Shown: positions 37,958-50,846 of the stretch, in pieces
How positions within the stretch are numbered: position 1 is the first letter of the stretch
Layout of the letters: each line of letters starts with the position of its first letter
Assembly: GCA_000320545.1 (NCBI GenBank)
Contig: ADNK01000583.1
Coordinates: 31,459 to 95,458 of the forward strand
Length of the DNA stretch: 64,000 bases
Source of the DNA: Bigelowiella natans CCMP2755
Taxonomy: Eukaryota > Protista > Cercozoa
Direction of reading: 5' to 3'
Notes under the pieces: model-generated
Seen by the model: only the letters and a program-made list of their open reading frames with translations
Told to the model about the DNA's origin: nothing
The model's database searches: none
Made by a program: the position numbers and the translations under genes

Positions 37958-39806
37958 TCAAATCTCAATATGGATGACATCGCCAGCTTTGGTTCCTTCC
38001 GGAGCTTCAACCTCAAACTGCTGCCCATTTATTTCTACTGCGAAGGACTGGCCTGCACCCACGCACTCAGGTATCTGGACATCGTACAGCTGGGGATTCT
38101 CCGTGAAAGAAGAAGGGGGTGGTGGAGCGGTTGGAGTGGGAGAAGGGGTAGTCTTGGTCTCCAAATCAAGGTTCTGCATTTGTTTCTCTATGTTCTGCGG
38201 TGGGACTGTAGAAATCGTAGGTTTCTGGTTTTCCACCACCTTGGGTTGAACGATCTCAACCGACTGAGGCGCAACAATTTGATATTGAGCGGAAGAATTC
38301 GGTGTGGGCTGCACGACTTGCGCCTGCACGGTTTGTATTTCAACTGGAGGAGGGGGCTGGAACTGGATTTCGGAACCGGGACCCATACCCTTGTTTTACA
38401 GCATCGATTTTGATCATGTGAAAGCAAACGTGTTACGAGTTTCTCATTCTCGCCCATTTTCCTTTTAGTCCTTCAAATTTTATAATTCCCCTCCCTATCC
38501 CATATGTCACATACATAAAACTGGCTGACCTTTGGAACCACGAGAGATACAATTTGTCCATTAGCCTGGACCTGGAAGCTATGCCCAGCCGTTACACCTT
38601 GCGGAACGACTGCCCTCATCAGCGTTGGCGATGGCTTCTTAGAAGGAGGCGGTGGAGCAGCGTAGGTGGGAGCAGAAGGGGTGCTACTTTTCCCCTTAAA
38701 ATCTAGAATTTTTGATAAATTTATGCTTTCAGTGACATGTGATTGCAACGTATCAATGGTATGCTATCATCTTTTGGCATGTAGTCCGCACTCATAACGC
38801 ACCCGTTTTCACATTGACGACGGTTTTTGTGTTAGCAGGAGATGCTGCTACGTTGGGCTTGCTTTTGGCTCGTGGTTGTGCTATTGCTGCCCCAAGAGCA
38901 ACGCCCGCCGCGACAGCACCACCTCGACGACGCACAAGTGGCCTCACAACCCGAGCTCTGGGCCTAATCACAACCTGAAGGAGCAAGAGAGTTACCACTG
39001 ATGACTCTTTATTGGAGTTCCCTTGTTAAAAGAGAATGCTCTACACGCGAACGATTAATCGGGAAAACTTTATGATTACGTTATTGACTCTCCAACTGTC
39101 ACAGACGGTGTAGTGATGATGATGATGATTATTATTATTATGTTGATTAAGGTGGGGGTGGTGCTGGTCGCGACGGAGGAAGTGACGATGCGGAAAGGAG
39201 GGAGAAAAGATGGTATGATGGCGCGTGAACACTCTGTTAGTGGTACCGGGCGGCCAACAGGGCGGTGGACAACTACTGCGCGGCGTCCCAGGGGACGCAC
39301 GGCTGGGCGCCCAAGGACAGCTCGTACTACAGCTCGTGCAACTCGGACCGTTGGGCGCACCACAGCAGGGCGTACTACAGCAGGACGTACCACTACACCA
39401 CTGCGCCGATGCGCAACTCGATTTGCTTGCATGTGCAGCCGAGCCGCCTAAGAAGATGAGAAATGAACGATTGAGGAAGGAAGAAGGATAGGGTTTATAC
39501 ACAAGATTATAACTTACCCTCTGCACGTTACCCCGCGCGAGGGCACGCCCTGCCTTTCTTTCCAGCCTGTTTGCCCTTCGCTGATTTGCATAGAAAAACG
39601 GGACAGGCACATGAGAATTCCGAATTGCAGATGCAGCGATATTTTGTCTTCGAATGAAGAACATGAATGTATACATGTACCCGTGACAACATGTGCCCAT
39701 ACAACCAACAGCAATCAACATGTTAAGGAGGGGGCTACGTGAAGGCTTGTGGTGTTAATATGGTGTTAGGTTAGATCTATGGTACTGCTCTTCCACGCCG
39801 CCTCAT
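37958..39806 (-). CDS. Hypothetical protein: Arg/Val-rich basic N-terminus plus two copies of a VxVPxG..PG small beta domain; about 6 exons
   Basis: MRRRGRA|RRANRLERKAGRALARGNVQR|AARLH...VVVRPAVVRPAVVRP...|VVIRPRARVVRP...|MRAVVPQGVTAGHSFQVQANGQIVSLVVPK|GMGPGSEIQFQ...YDVQIPECVGAGQSFAVEINGQQFEVEAPEGTKAGDVIHIEI*. Confidence 0.75.
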
Positions 39807-40101
39807 GGATTCGGATCGGATGGAGCCCCTCTAGGCCTGCGACTCACCGACAAATATCGACTTACTTACAGTTGTCGCAGAAAGGTTTTCGCCCCCATTT
39901 TATCGAGGTGCGTGTGTACTGCACGCGTGCAGCACATCGCAGTTTCGAACTTCGGAAAACCTTGTATTTTTTTCGGTTATTTCAATGGCAACACGTGGAC
40001 AAGGGGGTTCCGAGCGGAATGCAGGTCGATTTTGTTTATATGTGGCTCATATTTGTTGTCGTAAGGACATATAAGGAACTTCTGCTTCGACAGAGCTCGT
40101 C

Positions 40102-41046
40102 ATGCGATCCCTTCCCTTCTTATGCCTCCTCGTCATCCGGAGGTCGTCGTTTGCTTCCGTTGGGTTCGAGGCGGTGGGGAGCGAGAGGAAATGGGTTACG
40201 ATTTCGGTGGTTCTCATTGTTGGGGGTTTTACTGGGACCCCGCAGATCGATAAAAAACAACTCCACCATTGAAAATTAGCACCACCACCACTTGTAGGTT
40301 CGCTCTTGGAGATGATACTAAAATTTACAAGAACGATACGTGCAAAGCGCAGCCAAGCCTGTGTAACCCACCACATGGGAGGTGTCAATTTCACGAACAG
40401 GTGTGTTCGTCGTTTCACAGCAGCACACGAAGTCCAACACAACGGAAGAAGATGCTAAGATGTATGTAGTTCGCGGTTTTTGGGTGGTGTAAGATGTTCT
40501 CGAGCGGCGAAAATAGCATGATATGAAATTATCTCTTACATTTTACTCAACACCTCCTACTATCGTGTAGTCGCTACTTATTTGCTTACACATTTTCCTT
40601 CATCATCATATTAGGTTGGGAACTATGTCTGTATTTGCGGATGCGGAATGCGCGGGGGTGGGTTCGATCTTTCATATATGAGATGGTTTCCATGTTTCCT
40701 TTGTAATTCATGGGAGCTGGTGGTATACGTTGACCAGAAGAGGGGCACATTTTCATCCTGTGAACATCACACGATTTGCTGGAACTAGATGCGAGCTTTT
40801 TATGTAGTCTGAAATGCAAGGTTTGTGTAAATTATTCTGGTGTATATTCATTCAGAAAACTGTACTGTACCGATATTCCCAGCGTGCGATATGACCACTA
40901 GCAATGCAGATGTAAGGACAGAAAACATAATCTATAGGAAGTCGCTTGCTAAAAGCGCACCCTTTAATATAATTTCATCACCCATTAACGGGCCAAAATG
41001 AGTAGAGGAATAATGATGCGTGTGAATAGAAAGCACGCACACTCTC

Positions 41047-41089
<43 letters not shown>

Positions 41090-41354
41090 TACGTTTACAT
41101 ATATATTTGTATTATTGCGTACGTATGTGTATGAAATATGTATGCGTGTATCTGGTCCATTCATAGTCGATATACACGTGTGCATTTAGTGTGGGGGCCA
41201 TGGAACTTGTAAAACGTACAAAGACACCTCGGTTATCGCCGGTCAAACTTGCAGCTACACAAAGTAAATAAACTTCAGCTTTGGCCAAGAAAATGAATAT
41301 GTTACTTTTTGTAGCGGTTTAGAATTTCCTCCATTCCTCCCTCCTTCTCTCCAC

Positions 41355-41386
<32 letters not shown>

Positions 41387-41485
41387 CCCTTCTTAACGTC
41401 ACTGTCAGATGCAAGTGCGATCCAGGTTTCCATGGCGGACATTGTGAAAAAGACTATGTGAGTAGCAGCGCATACTGTACACACA

Positions 41486-41539
<54 letters not shown>

Positions 41540-42057
41540 GAGAGAGGGAGGTGGGGGGAGGGGGGGTCCCTCTGCTGCCATTTTCGAGCCATTATTGTCC
41601 TTCACCAAAGGCTGACAGTTGAGTTTCTACATCTCACAGAGGCCTTGCTACGATTGCCCAGCTGATAAGGTAGCACACTCACGAAAGAACTCACACATGC
41701 ATTCTTTGTGCGGATTTCCCACTGCCTCCCACCTCCTCCTCCCGATCACACACGCAAACCAAACGCATTTCACAATTCGACCCTGAAACGAATGATGGAC
41801 AGCCTGGGTGCTACTCAAAGAACAGAATATGCAATGGAAACGGTGATATATTAATGTAAAGCGATGATGGCGTGGCAAAAGCTAAATACTATCATGCGTC
41901 CAAACGAGTAGCACATGGTGTGTATTCATTCTCCCGTCGTTAACAACACGATGTGTCTTTCCAGGAAATTGCATAAACTCCACCGAAGGCTTTCAGTGCT
42001 CTTGTAAGGTGGAAAGAGGAAGAGGAGTACAAATACCTAGAGGAAGGGAAAGAGAAT

Positions 42058-42088
<31 letters not shown>

Positions 42089-42112
42089 AGAGAAGCTGTA
42101 TAGCGAATAGAC

Positions 42113-42160
<48 letters not shown>

Positions 42161-42909
42161 TATTCAAACGTATATAACCTGCAAACTATATCATTAGAGG
42201 TATATTGTAATGTGCATTTATGTGTTTCTAAAATATAAATCAAAGGCCGGTTTTACTGCGGAGAGCAACTGCCGTGGAACGGTAGGGACAATGCTCTTGG
42301 ATATCAGTGCATAATATGTGGGGGGGGGGGGGGGTGAGATCATTGACTCGGAAAAAAGAAGCAGCAAAGAAGATTTGCATTGACTACCGATGATAGCCAG
42401 CTTTCCTCCCCCCTTCTGCATCCCTAAGACGCAACATCTTTTTCATCAAAATTGAGTAGGAGAGCGATCCTGAATCGTCGACGTGGGGCTGGTGGAAAGT
42501 CGGGCTCATCATCTTTGGCATCATTGCCGCATGTGCGTATTAGTATTAGTAGTAGTTGTAAGTAGTAGGTGGTAGTAGTGGTGATAGTGTAGTAGCAAAA
42601 TGCTGACAATAACCGTACTGTAGAATTAAGGTAGCGTGGATGTGCGAGCTAGATGCATATCTTCCTTCTGAATTCCCCCCCCCCCCTCTCATGCAAATGT
42701 ACGTGCACACAGCGGTGGTGCTGGAGCGCGTGTGGACATGTGGCAAGAAGACTATAACGAAGATGCAGGTTGACCTGTTGTTTCACAGCTTGTATGTGGC
42801 GTTTGTCTTAGCTTGGAGAAATATATGCAAACTTGAATGCGGATACAGAAATACGAATATAATATTATGTATATTATTTATTGTAAAAGGATCTAACTGT
42901 GTGTGTTTG

Positions 42910-42962
<53 letters not shown>

Positions 42963-43155
42963 AATGACATGCTTCTCTCTCACGCAATCGCAGGGGCGAG
43001 AGGGCTTTCGGCCAGTGTACAACGACGACGATGCTGACTTCGATGATGAAGTGCTCGATGCGAACATGCCCTCGGGTACCACAGGGGGGGGATTCACAGA
43101 AGTTGAAATCGGTCCCATTTCGCATCAAATCGAGGATCTAGATGACGAAAAGTAG
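40102..43155 (+). CDS. Type I membrane protein with about 3 EGF-like repeats, multi-exon
   Basis: Signal MRSLPFLCLLVIRR|FALG; CKAQPSLCNPPHGRC|YVCICGCGMRG|ENC; CGGHGTC...|CKCDPGFHGGHCE; ICNGNG|NCINSTEGFQCSCK|AGFTAESNC; TM WWKVGLIIFGIIAAC...VVL; acidic cytoplasmic tail ending DLDDEK*. Confidence 0.8.
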
Positions 43156-43259
43156 TCAGCATTAAAACGTAAATAAATTATGAGCACTTGTGTGTGCAAT
43201 GTGGGCATAGATGCACCCGTTATTCTTCTACAATTAAACCTATAGATACTACCATTGAC

Positions 43260-44300
43260 TGTGTACATGTCCACACACAGCAGACAGCCTACATGTGCAC
43301 ATGATCGACATCGCATCTGCTGCATGTCATGTGTGCGTCCATGCATGCATGCGCCAAGTTCACGTCGTGTTCCATGTGCATGATTGTTGGAAGAAGTGGT
43401 GGATGGTGGCGGTGGGCTGTTCAATGTCGCAAAATGCATTCATTGACGACGCTGGAGCATGTCGCAGTCGTTACATCCGTTGCCACATCTGCTACTGTGC
43501 TTGCTAGCTTGTCATCAGCATGTTGCACGTTAGCATGCTAGCATGCGGTGAAACCAAGCTGGGTAGCAAGCTACGCCAACACCAAGAAGAAACGCAGCAG
43601 CAACTCGAAAAAGCACGTCGATCGTTGTCATTGCACTTCAAAAGTGTGATGCATCAGTGGCTTCATCGCCCTTGTCGCACGTCTGCTGTGCTCTCACTCA
43701 CTAGCTCATGGCGCATTGCACGCTTCCACAACTCCGTCAAACCCTGTGACGACTGGGGTTTGCACAAAACATGCTTACGCGCGCGGCCTGGTGCGCTCAA
43801 TCGTTGCAACTGGACATTCGCAGCACACTGGAGCCTGTTTGAAGTTCAAGTTCAATTTTTTTCGAATTCATTCAGCTTCAAAACTTCACTTTTCAACGCC
43901 TGCGCCTGCGGAAATAGCTTGTCACTTCCGAAACAGCTAGCGCAGTTGCACTTGCTGTGCCAAAAGTTTTGCAACATCATGAGGGTGTGCGCACACCAGC
44001 TTCATGTCATTGTGAAATCAAAGCACAAAAACGCAAAAAAATTGCTCTCAATTGAGAGGTCATGCCACTCATCACAGGTTTGACGGAGTTGTGTCTGGAA
44101 AGCCACAGCTGCGCGCCTCTCTTGTCACATTGGTAGTAGTTGAAGAAGGATGTGCTTGTCAGCAACAGCAAATGAAAGTGCCATCAGCCAGGTGAACATG
44201 ATGCAATTGTTTTGTTGGAAAAAATCATGATGTTCACATGCATTTTCGCGCGGTGTGCTGCCATTGCTAGATTGGTGATGATGCCAAGTTTTGCCACTGC
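43260..44300. repeat. TpA-depleted tract
   Basis: Residual TA almost all in TAG/CTA contexts; ORFs are nearly Tyr-free and Cys/His-rich. Confidence 0.7.
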
Positions 44301-44303
44301 CTT

Positions 44304-47300
44304 TTAACCCCATTGTCCATGAGTGGACGCCAATTTCCATGCAGGATCTACTGCGATGTTCTGCCTGATGGCCTTATTGAAAATCTGATGGATCTGATTT
44401 TTAGAGAGATGGTTTGATCGGGTTATGATCGCATCAGGATCGGTTGCCAGAATGACAATGCCTATCTTTCGGACACGTGCTGGAGGTGTGGTCCAAGTCA
44501 ACGGAACCTTACCTCTAACCCCAGTCCAACCGACTGTGGCTGGCGATCCTGAGAATCTCTCAGAAGCTGTAGCTTTAGTGTATCTGTCGGCTCCGACCAG
44601 TTTCCAGGAGCCAAAATCATTGCAACCGATGTTTGGAAAATTGCCAGGGCTCGCCACCCTCTCCAATCGATTGAACGCATCTTCAGGCATTTTATACTCG
44701 CCGTCCAGTCCTGGGCCTAAACCCTTCAAAGTTGCTGACGTGGGGTAAGCAATTCCATGCGCAATCACGTTGTACTTTCCAGGCGGAAGTTCATTCTCGT
44801 GGGTAGCTACAATACATTGATTTTGCTGGCGTGACAACATGAATTCTGTGTTCCCACCGACGGTTTGGCCAGTTTGAGCATTGGTGATCAAAACATTCAG
44901 AAGTGCTTTTTTGGGATTGAGAGGATTTTTGGTAGTGGCTTGTGTCATCATAGCAACAACCTCGCAGCTCGACTTGAGCTCAATTGTTGCGGAGTTCCAA
45001 AAGGTGTACTTACTCGTCTGCATTTCCCATCTTTGCTGCGCCGCCCATGGTTTCCCATTTAGCGAGCTTGTCATGGCGAAACTTACAGTCTGGTACAGCT
45101 TTGTCCACATGCTGTATTCCATCCAAAACTCTCCATCATCACCACCAAATTTAGGCTGGAAGACTCGCTTTGCCTCAGCAGTCCAGCTAGGCGAACCTTC
45201 ACCCCATGCTAATCGATACTCAAAACTGCCATGCGGGTTTCGGAGATTAACTAGCTTCACGAGTCGGCCATTAACTGTTCCTTCTTTCGCGCCCAGAAAG
45301 CTGTATGCATGCCCAGGGTAGATTCCAATAGCTTGCTCCGCTCCATAGACAGAGTTGATAGCACCATTGTCTTTCCACTCATATTTGGACCCATACGTGC
45401 CCGAACACATGGGCAGTCCTAGTTTTGTTAGTCGAAGAAGCTGATTCCATAGGACTGATTTTCTGGGGCTTCTATCAGATCTTACGGGAACAATCGCAGC
45501 GGGATAGCCAGTTATATCTCTCAATGCATGATGTGCTATTCCACCTTTAAGATTCATATATCCTCCGCGAAGCTTTGCATAGGCCTTCTCGACTAATGTT
45601 GACCATAGCTCAGCTTGGCACTTAGAGGTTATGAAAACGGGACCTCCATATGGCCTGCATGGGATGTAATCGTCAATTACAACCGTGCGCCTGATACCAC
45701 GTTGTGTGATGTTGACCGCATACATGCCTGTTTTCGACTCTTCGCCATCGAAAAACATCCTGGGGACAAATCCCTTTTTCTCGGCCACAGTTGCTAACGC
45801 GGATACAAACCAACAGTCTCCTAAGCTGCCTTGGTTGACATCATCTGCCTCTTCTCCATTCACGAACACAGCAACTGGAAGTTCCCTCCGGAAACCGCCA
45901 TCTCGATCCGCATGGGGCCGACGCCACGCCACTTGTCTCCCGCCGAGGCTCTCTCTCTGGCGAGTGCCATTGATCACTCTTTCTCTACCCAAAGATCTTG
46001 AATCCGGTGGAAATTCGGCATCGTAAAAGAGTTTCTTGTCCTTCATAAGCTGTTCAACAGCTTTCTGATGCACCTCTTTAGTTACCTAAAGTTATGTCAC
46101 ATTGTATCATTCTACATACCCACACATACGCACGCAATCTACACGCTATGCTTGCATCACAAGTCGATGGTAACGGAATTCTCTGAATTACATGCGGGAT
46201 CTGGTTGCAGTGAAAAATGATTTCATCTAACAACCCTTGCACCATGCATGGAACGAGGATCAGATAGAAATCATTCAATTTTAGAGCTGAATTCAGAGCT
46301 CCGATCGGACTCCGGTGCATCGGGTCGTGAAGTGTGCGAAACATACATGACATGACCTGTCTCTTTTTCCCGTCTTCGATGAGATATGTGAGTGGATCGA
46401 GAGAAGGATCAGTAGGTTCATCCAATATTGTCCCTTCTGCAAACTTCCTTTCTAGCTCTTCGGCTTTCTTTCTGGCCTCCTCCGCTGCTTTCTTACGTGC
46501 AGCAAGCTTTTTTGCCCAGGCCCCTGGGTTCTTTCTTTTTTCTTCTTCGTCTAAAAGCCGCTGTCTTTCCGCCTCTGTAGAATGATATAAACAAATAAAA
46601 TGACGATGATAATGATGGTGGGTAGGTTTACAACAGCAAGGGCCGACAATAGTAAGACTGATGACGATATCATCATCACGCATATTCGGTGTGTCAGACG
46701 GAATCGAAAATTTAACAAACAAAATCAATTATTTTCAACTAATCCTTGCGGTGGCAAGCTTGCCGCGAGGATTATCTGAAAACAATCGAACTTTCTAGGT
46801 AACGATCATTATTCGCAGTTACAATTCGCACACACCATAACTTTAGATTTGCAATTTGTTTACGGAAGGAAAACAAGGGAACGATGATTAATATGATGGA
46901 TCGTGATGACGAGTGGTGATGATGAGCGGTGATGATGGATGGTGATGATAGGTGGTGATGATGGATGATGATCATTATATGTAGGCGACGGAGGTGATGA
47001 AGGTTTGAAAGATGATGGCGATAAAAGTGCAAAAATGAATGTTAAAAAAAATGATGTTTACCCTGCGCTATCCTCCTTGCTTCCTCTGCAGCTTTTCTTG
47101 CAGCCTCTGTGCGCTCTCTGTCAGCCTTTGCTTTTTCCTCAGCTGCTTTTTTGGCGAGCTCATCAGCCCTGGCTTTAGCTTCCGCAAGTAACTTGAGCAT
47201 GCGCTGCCTCTCTTCTTCTGCCTTTATCTTCGCCTCCTCGATTTCTTTCTGATATTTATCCACCAACGCCTTGATACCAGCCATCTCATCTGCTTTCATT

Positions 47301-50300
47301 TTATCCCTTTTTTTCTTCTCCTCGGCATAGATTATGTCCAGTTTTTGCTTTCGCTTCTTCATCTCTTCCTCCCCGCGTTTGTGTTCTTCCATCAACTCGC
47401 GGTTGGCTGCGCAGATTCCGACAAAGATCTCAGCTGGCCCGGTACCTCTGCCGCATGCATCCCACATGCCAAAACTAAACGGTGGGACGTCAAACTCAAA
47501 CGGCTTCGATTGGTATACTTTTCCGATTTTCTGGTTTTCAATCGCCCAACGGTCGGCACCGTATCGCCGTATCATGAATCCCGGTTTAACGCTCTTGAAG
47601 ACCATGGGACTTGATTTGGGGACAAGTTCATACTCACCGCCTCCAATGTTCGCGGCGACGGTAATTCGACAAGATGTAGTGATATGAGGGCACGGCTTCT
47701 CTCCATCGTGGTCGGCAAGGGAGAGATCCCAAGAATCGAGAGGGGGGGTTAGCCCTCCAACTGCGCTTTCATAGACAACAGAAAACAGGCCGCCATGCCC
47801 GATTCCGCCCATGAATTTCGTAATCTGCCAGGACTTTCCGTTTTTGAAACCACAGCGGTCAGACACCTGCTGGATGACGTATTTAAAGCCTGTGTTGGGG
47901 CTCTCTCTGAACCACATATACTCATGAGGGTCTCCCGACGGAGCATTTATGCCCATGTACTCGCCATTCACATCAGCTGTTCCCGCACCTAGAACGTACA
48001 GTTTGCCATCATGAGAGATCTGAGGGGGCTGGTTAAGTCCGTCTTTTTGTGTCGACCAGAGAGTCCATGGAGGGAGCTGGGGGTCCAGTTTTTTGAAAGC
48101 ATCGTAATCGCCGAAGTTATCCATCGCAATCTTTATAGCTATGCTGTTGACGTAATACAGCGAAAGCTTCTGTCTGCCGCCAAACCCGAGGATCCCCCAG
48201 TATTGTGCAGCTGGCCCGACCTCTATCTTTTCCACCTTCCCGTTCACGAGACGATAGCGCTCGTACGTCCTCTTACCATTCACTATTTTTATCTTTCCAT
48301 CGACTTTGGACACGTTGTAAAACCCGTTGATACCCGCCGACCCAGCTCCGATGACAAACAACGATTCACCAGTCAGTGCGGATTTCATCATATCTTTGGT
48401 GCTTCCAGCTGCGTGCTGAGCGAAAAGCAAGGCCTCCACATTCGTGATCAGCATTTTCTTGTCGAGCTGTGCGTTGTTGGGGAGAAAACGCCATCCTGAG
48501 GCCGGCGGAAACTCTCCGTTCGTTCCCTTCTCGCATTTAGCCACGTACCACAGCTTGTTTTGCCTGTGGATCTTCCAGTAGAGCCCGTCTTTCTCCATTG
48601 TCCTGAAAAGCTTATGCTCTACACCATCCACCTTCGCGTAGTAGGCGTTATGGTTGTTTACCGGGCTTCCAAGGAGGTAGTTCCCATTGCACTTTCCAGA
48701 AGAAAATTGCACGACCAGATGATCATAGTTTGTGAAAGTCGGCAGAGGTAGTTTCCCTCCTTGCAATGTCCCTCCCATGGATTCAGATATAAGGCTCCAG
48801 CCTCTGCTGGGAGGCAAAGCCCCGTCATTTGGGGAATAATACAGTGTCTTTACAACCTTAGCTGGACTCGTGCTTTTATCCATAACCACGATGTACCACA
48901 GAAATTTCTTACCGATGATTTCGTGTTCGTAGTGGTTCTTCTCGCGTTGAATCACATACATCATCTTCGCGTCCTCAGCGTCGTTGCGGACCAGCCGAAC
49001 CGCCTTGTTATACTTTTTGGACTCAATCGTGTAGCGACCGCAAATCTCCTTGTTCCCAGCGTCGGTGATGTGAAATTTCACGCTGCCCGCGACAAACCTG
49101 GGGCACGGATTCTGTCCTTTCCACCCAAAATTCTTGTGCGGTTCAAACTTTCTTCTCTCTCGCACTGCAGGGCCATCTGAATAAAGTATGGTGGTTTTCG
49201 GTCTTGACCTGTTAAGCGTGACCACGCTGCTGAGTGTCCACCCGTTGTCGTCGAGTGTTATGATATGCACGTAGCCGTCAATTAGTTTGTTGACCCATAT
49301 GTCTCCTGGGGAGATAGGTCATGTAGTATTAACACAATTTTGGCTTCCCAATGGCGTCGTTGCGTTAGCGAAAATGTGCTTACCATCGAGCTTGTACTCT
49401 CCATTCACAATATTACTTCCGGCGTCCAAAACGTACACTGTGTCTGGTTTGGATTTCAGCAACTGAATCCTAAAAAAAGGAGTGGATCCGGTGTATGCCT
49501 TAGCTTGAGTGTCGGGCTCCGGATCGTTGACTTTTCTCCTCTTTGGGAGATGTCTGCTTTTTGCTTTATGCTAATATCAAACAAGCTCAGGCTTAGTATG
49601 TCATATCCTCTTCATATCATCATTTTCATCAAAAGTAGGTTTTTATTACTTGTGGATCGTATATTTCCATCACTATGTCCTTTGCGACCTCGAGGCAGGA
49701 TATGGGACCTATTTCAACAATCTAAAATCGATCGTGTGCTAAAATTTACAACGAATCGGGAACAGAAACAGATATATTTGGAAATGAATGCTATAGTAAG
49801 GCAATATCTGACCGGTGAGAACGATTATCCTGGTGGGCATAGTAGTATTGTTTGGTGTTTGAGAAGCCTGAGACTTCCACTCTTCACAAGTGATCTTACA
49901 GAAGAGATTCTGAACCACAAGTAAAAAGAATAATATGTCATCAGCATATCGCAATTACATAACTAAAGCTAGACCGACTATTCTACACAAGCTATTCATG
50001 TGAAACGTGGTCAAAGCAGCAGTTTCCTTGTGTGCACTATGAGTGATAAAGATGATATTACAGTAGGTTTCGGAATAATAAACGGGTTCGATTTCGGCGA
50101 TTTTACCCAAAAAACCGCGCGAAAATCGGGCTTATTGTTTTGAAATCTTCTGTAGTAACCTCGATCTCTGGTTCGAGCGTCATCATTGAGTTGGCTTTAT
50201 TGTCGTCGACGAAAAAGTCACAGTGGTCAGTCTGAAAGAGAGTGGGGTGATAATTAGGTTAAGTTTTCACTCGAGCATCAAAAATTAGGCCTATGTACAC

Positions 50301-50800
50301 ATGCAACTCGTTTGGTGTGCTATTGTGTATGAATAACCTTCTCATCAACAATTTTTTTCACGAGGTCCGTCGCCTTTTGAAGAAGTGACGCTTTCGCATT
50401 GACCGTGATTTTTTTTTGATCGGGAGTGTTGGCGTCATTACAACAAATTTTAATATCTTCGCCGGGCTTGCCGATCTCTTCCTGTTTATCATCACACAGT
50501 ACATTTCAAGATATATATATGTAGACTTTATGAAATTCAGGGGCCGAATCGGAATGATACAATGGAGGTTATTTGGGTGTTAGAAGCAAAATACCTCAAT
50601 GTCACGTGCGTTGGCCATTATCCTACGGGCTACATCATTAAATACCCAAAAATAGTTGGATTCCACGTTCTCCTTTACTCTGTTGAAGATATCTTTCAAC
50701 ATGGCATGTGCTTGTTCAATGGTAGACACAGGACCTATGTATTTGCCATTCAAAACTCAGCGGTAACATGTTTTCGCAGCTTCAATATAGGCTATGCACC

Positions 50801-50846
<46 letters not shown>

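Noticed and set aside
40047-42609. Minus-strand ORF fragments as a gene
   Set aside because: They are antisense shadows of the plus-strand EGF-repeat gene, whose exons splice coherently.
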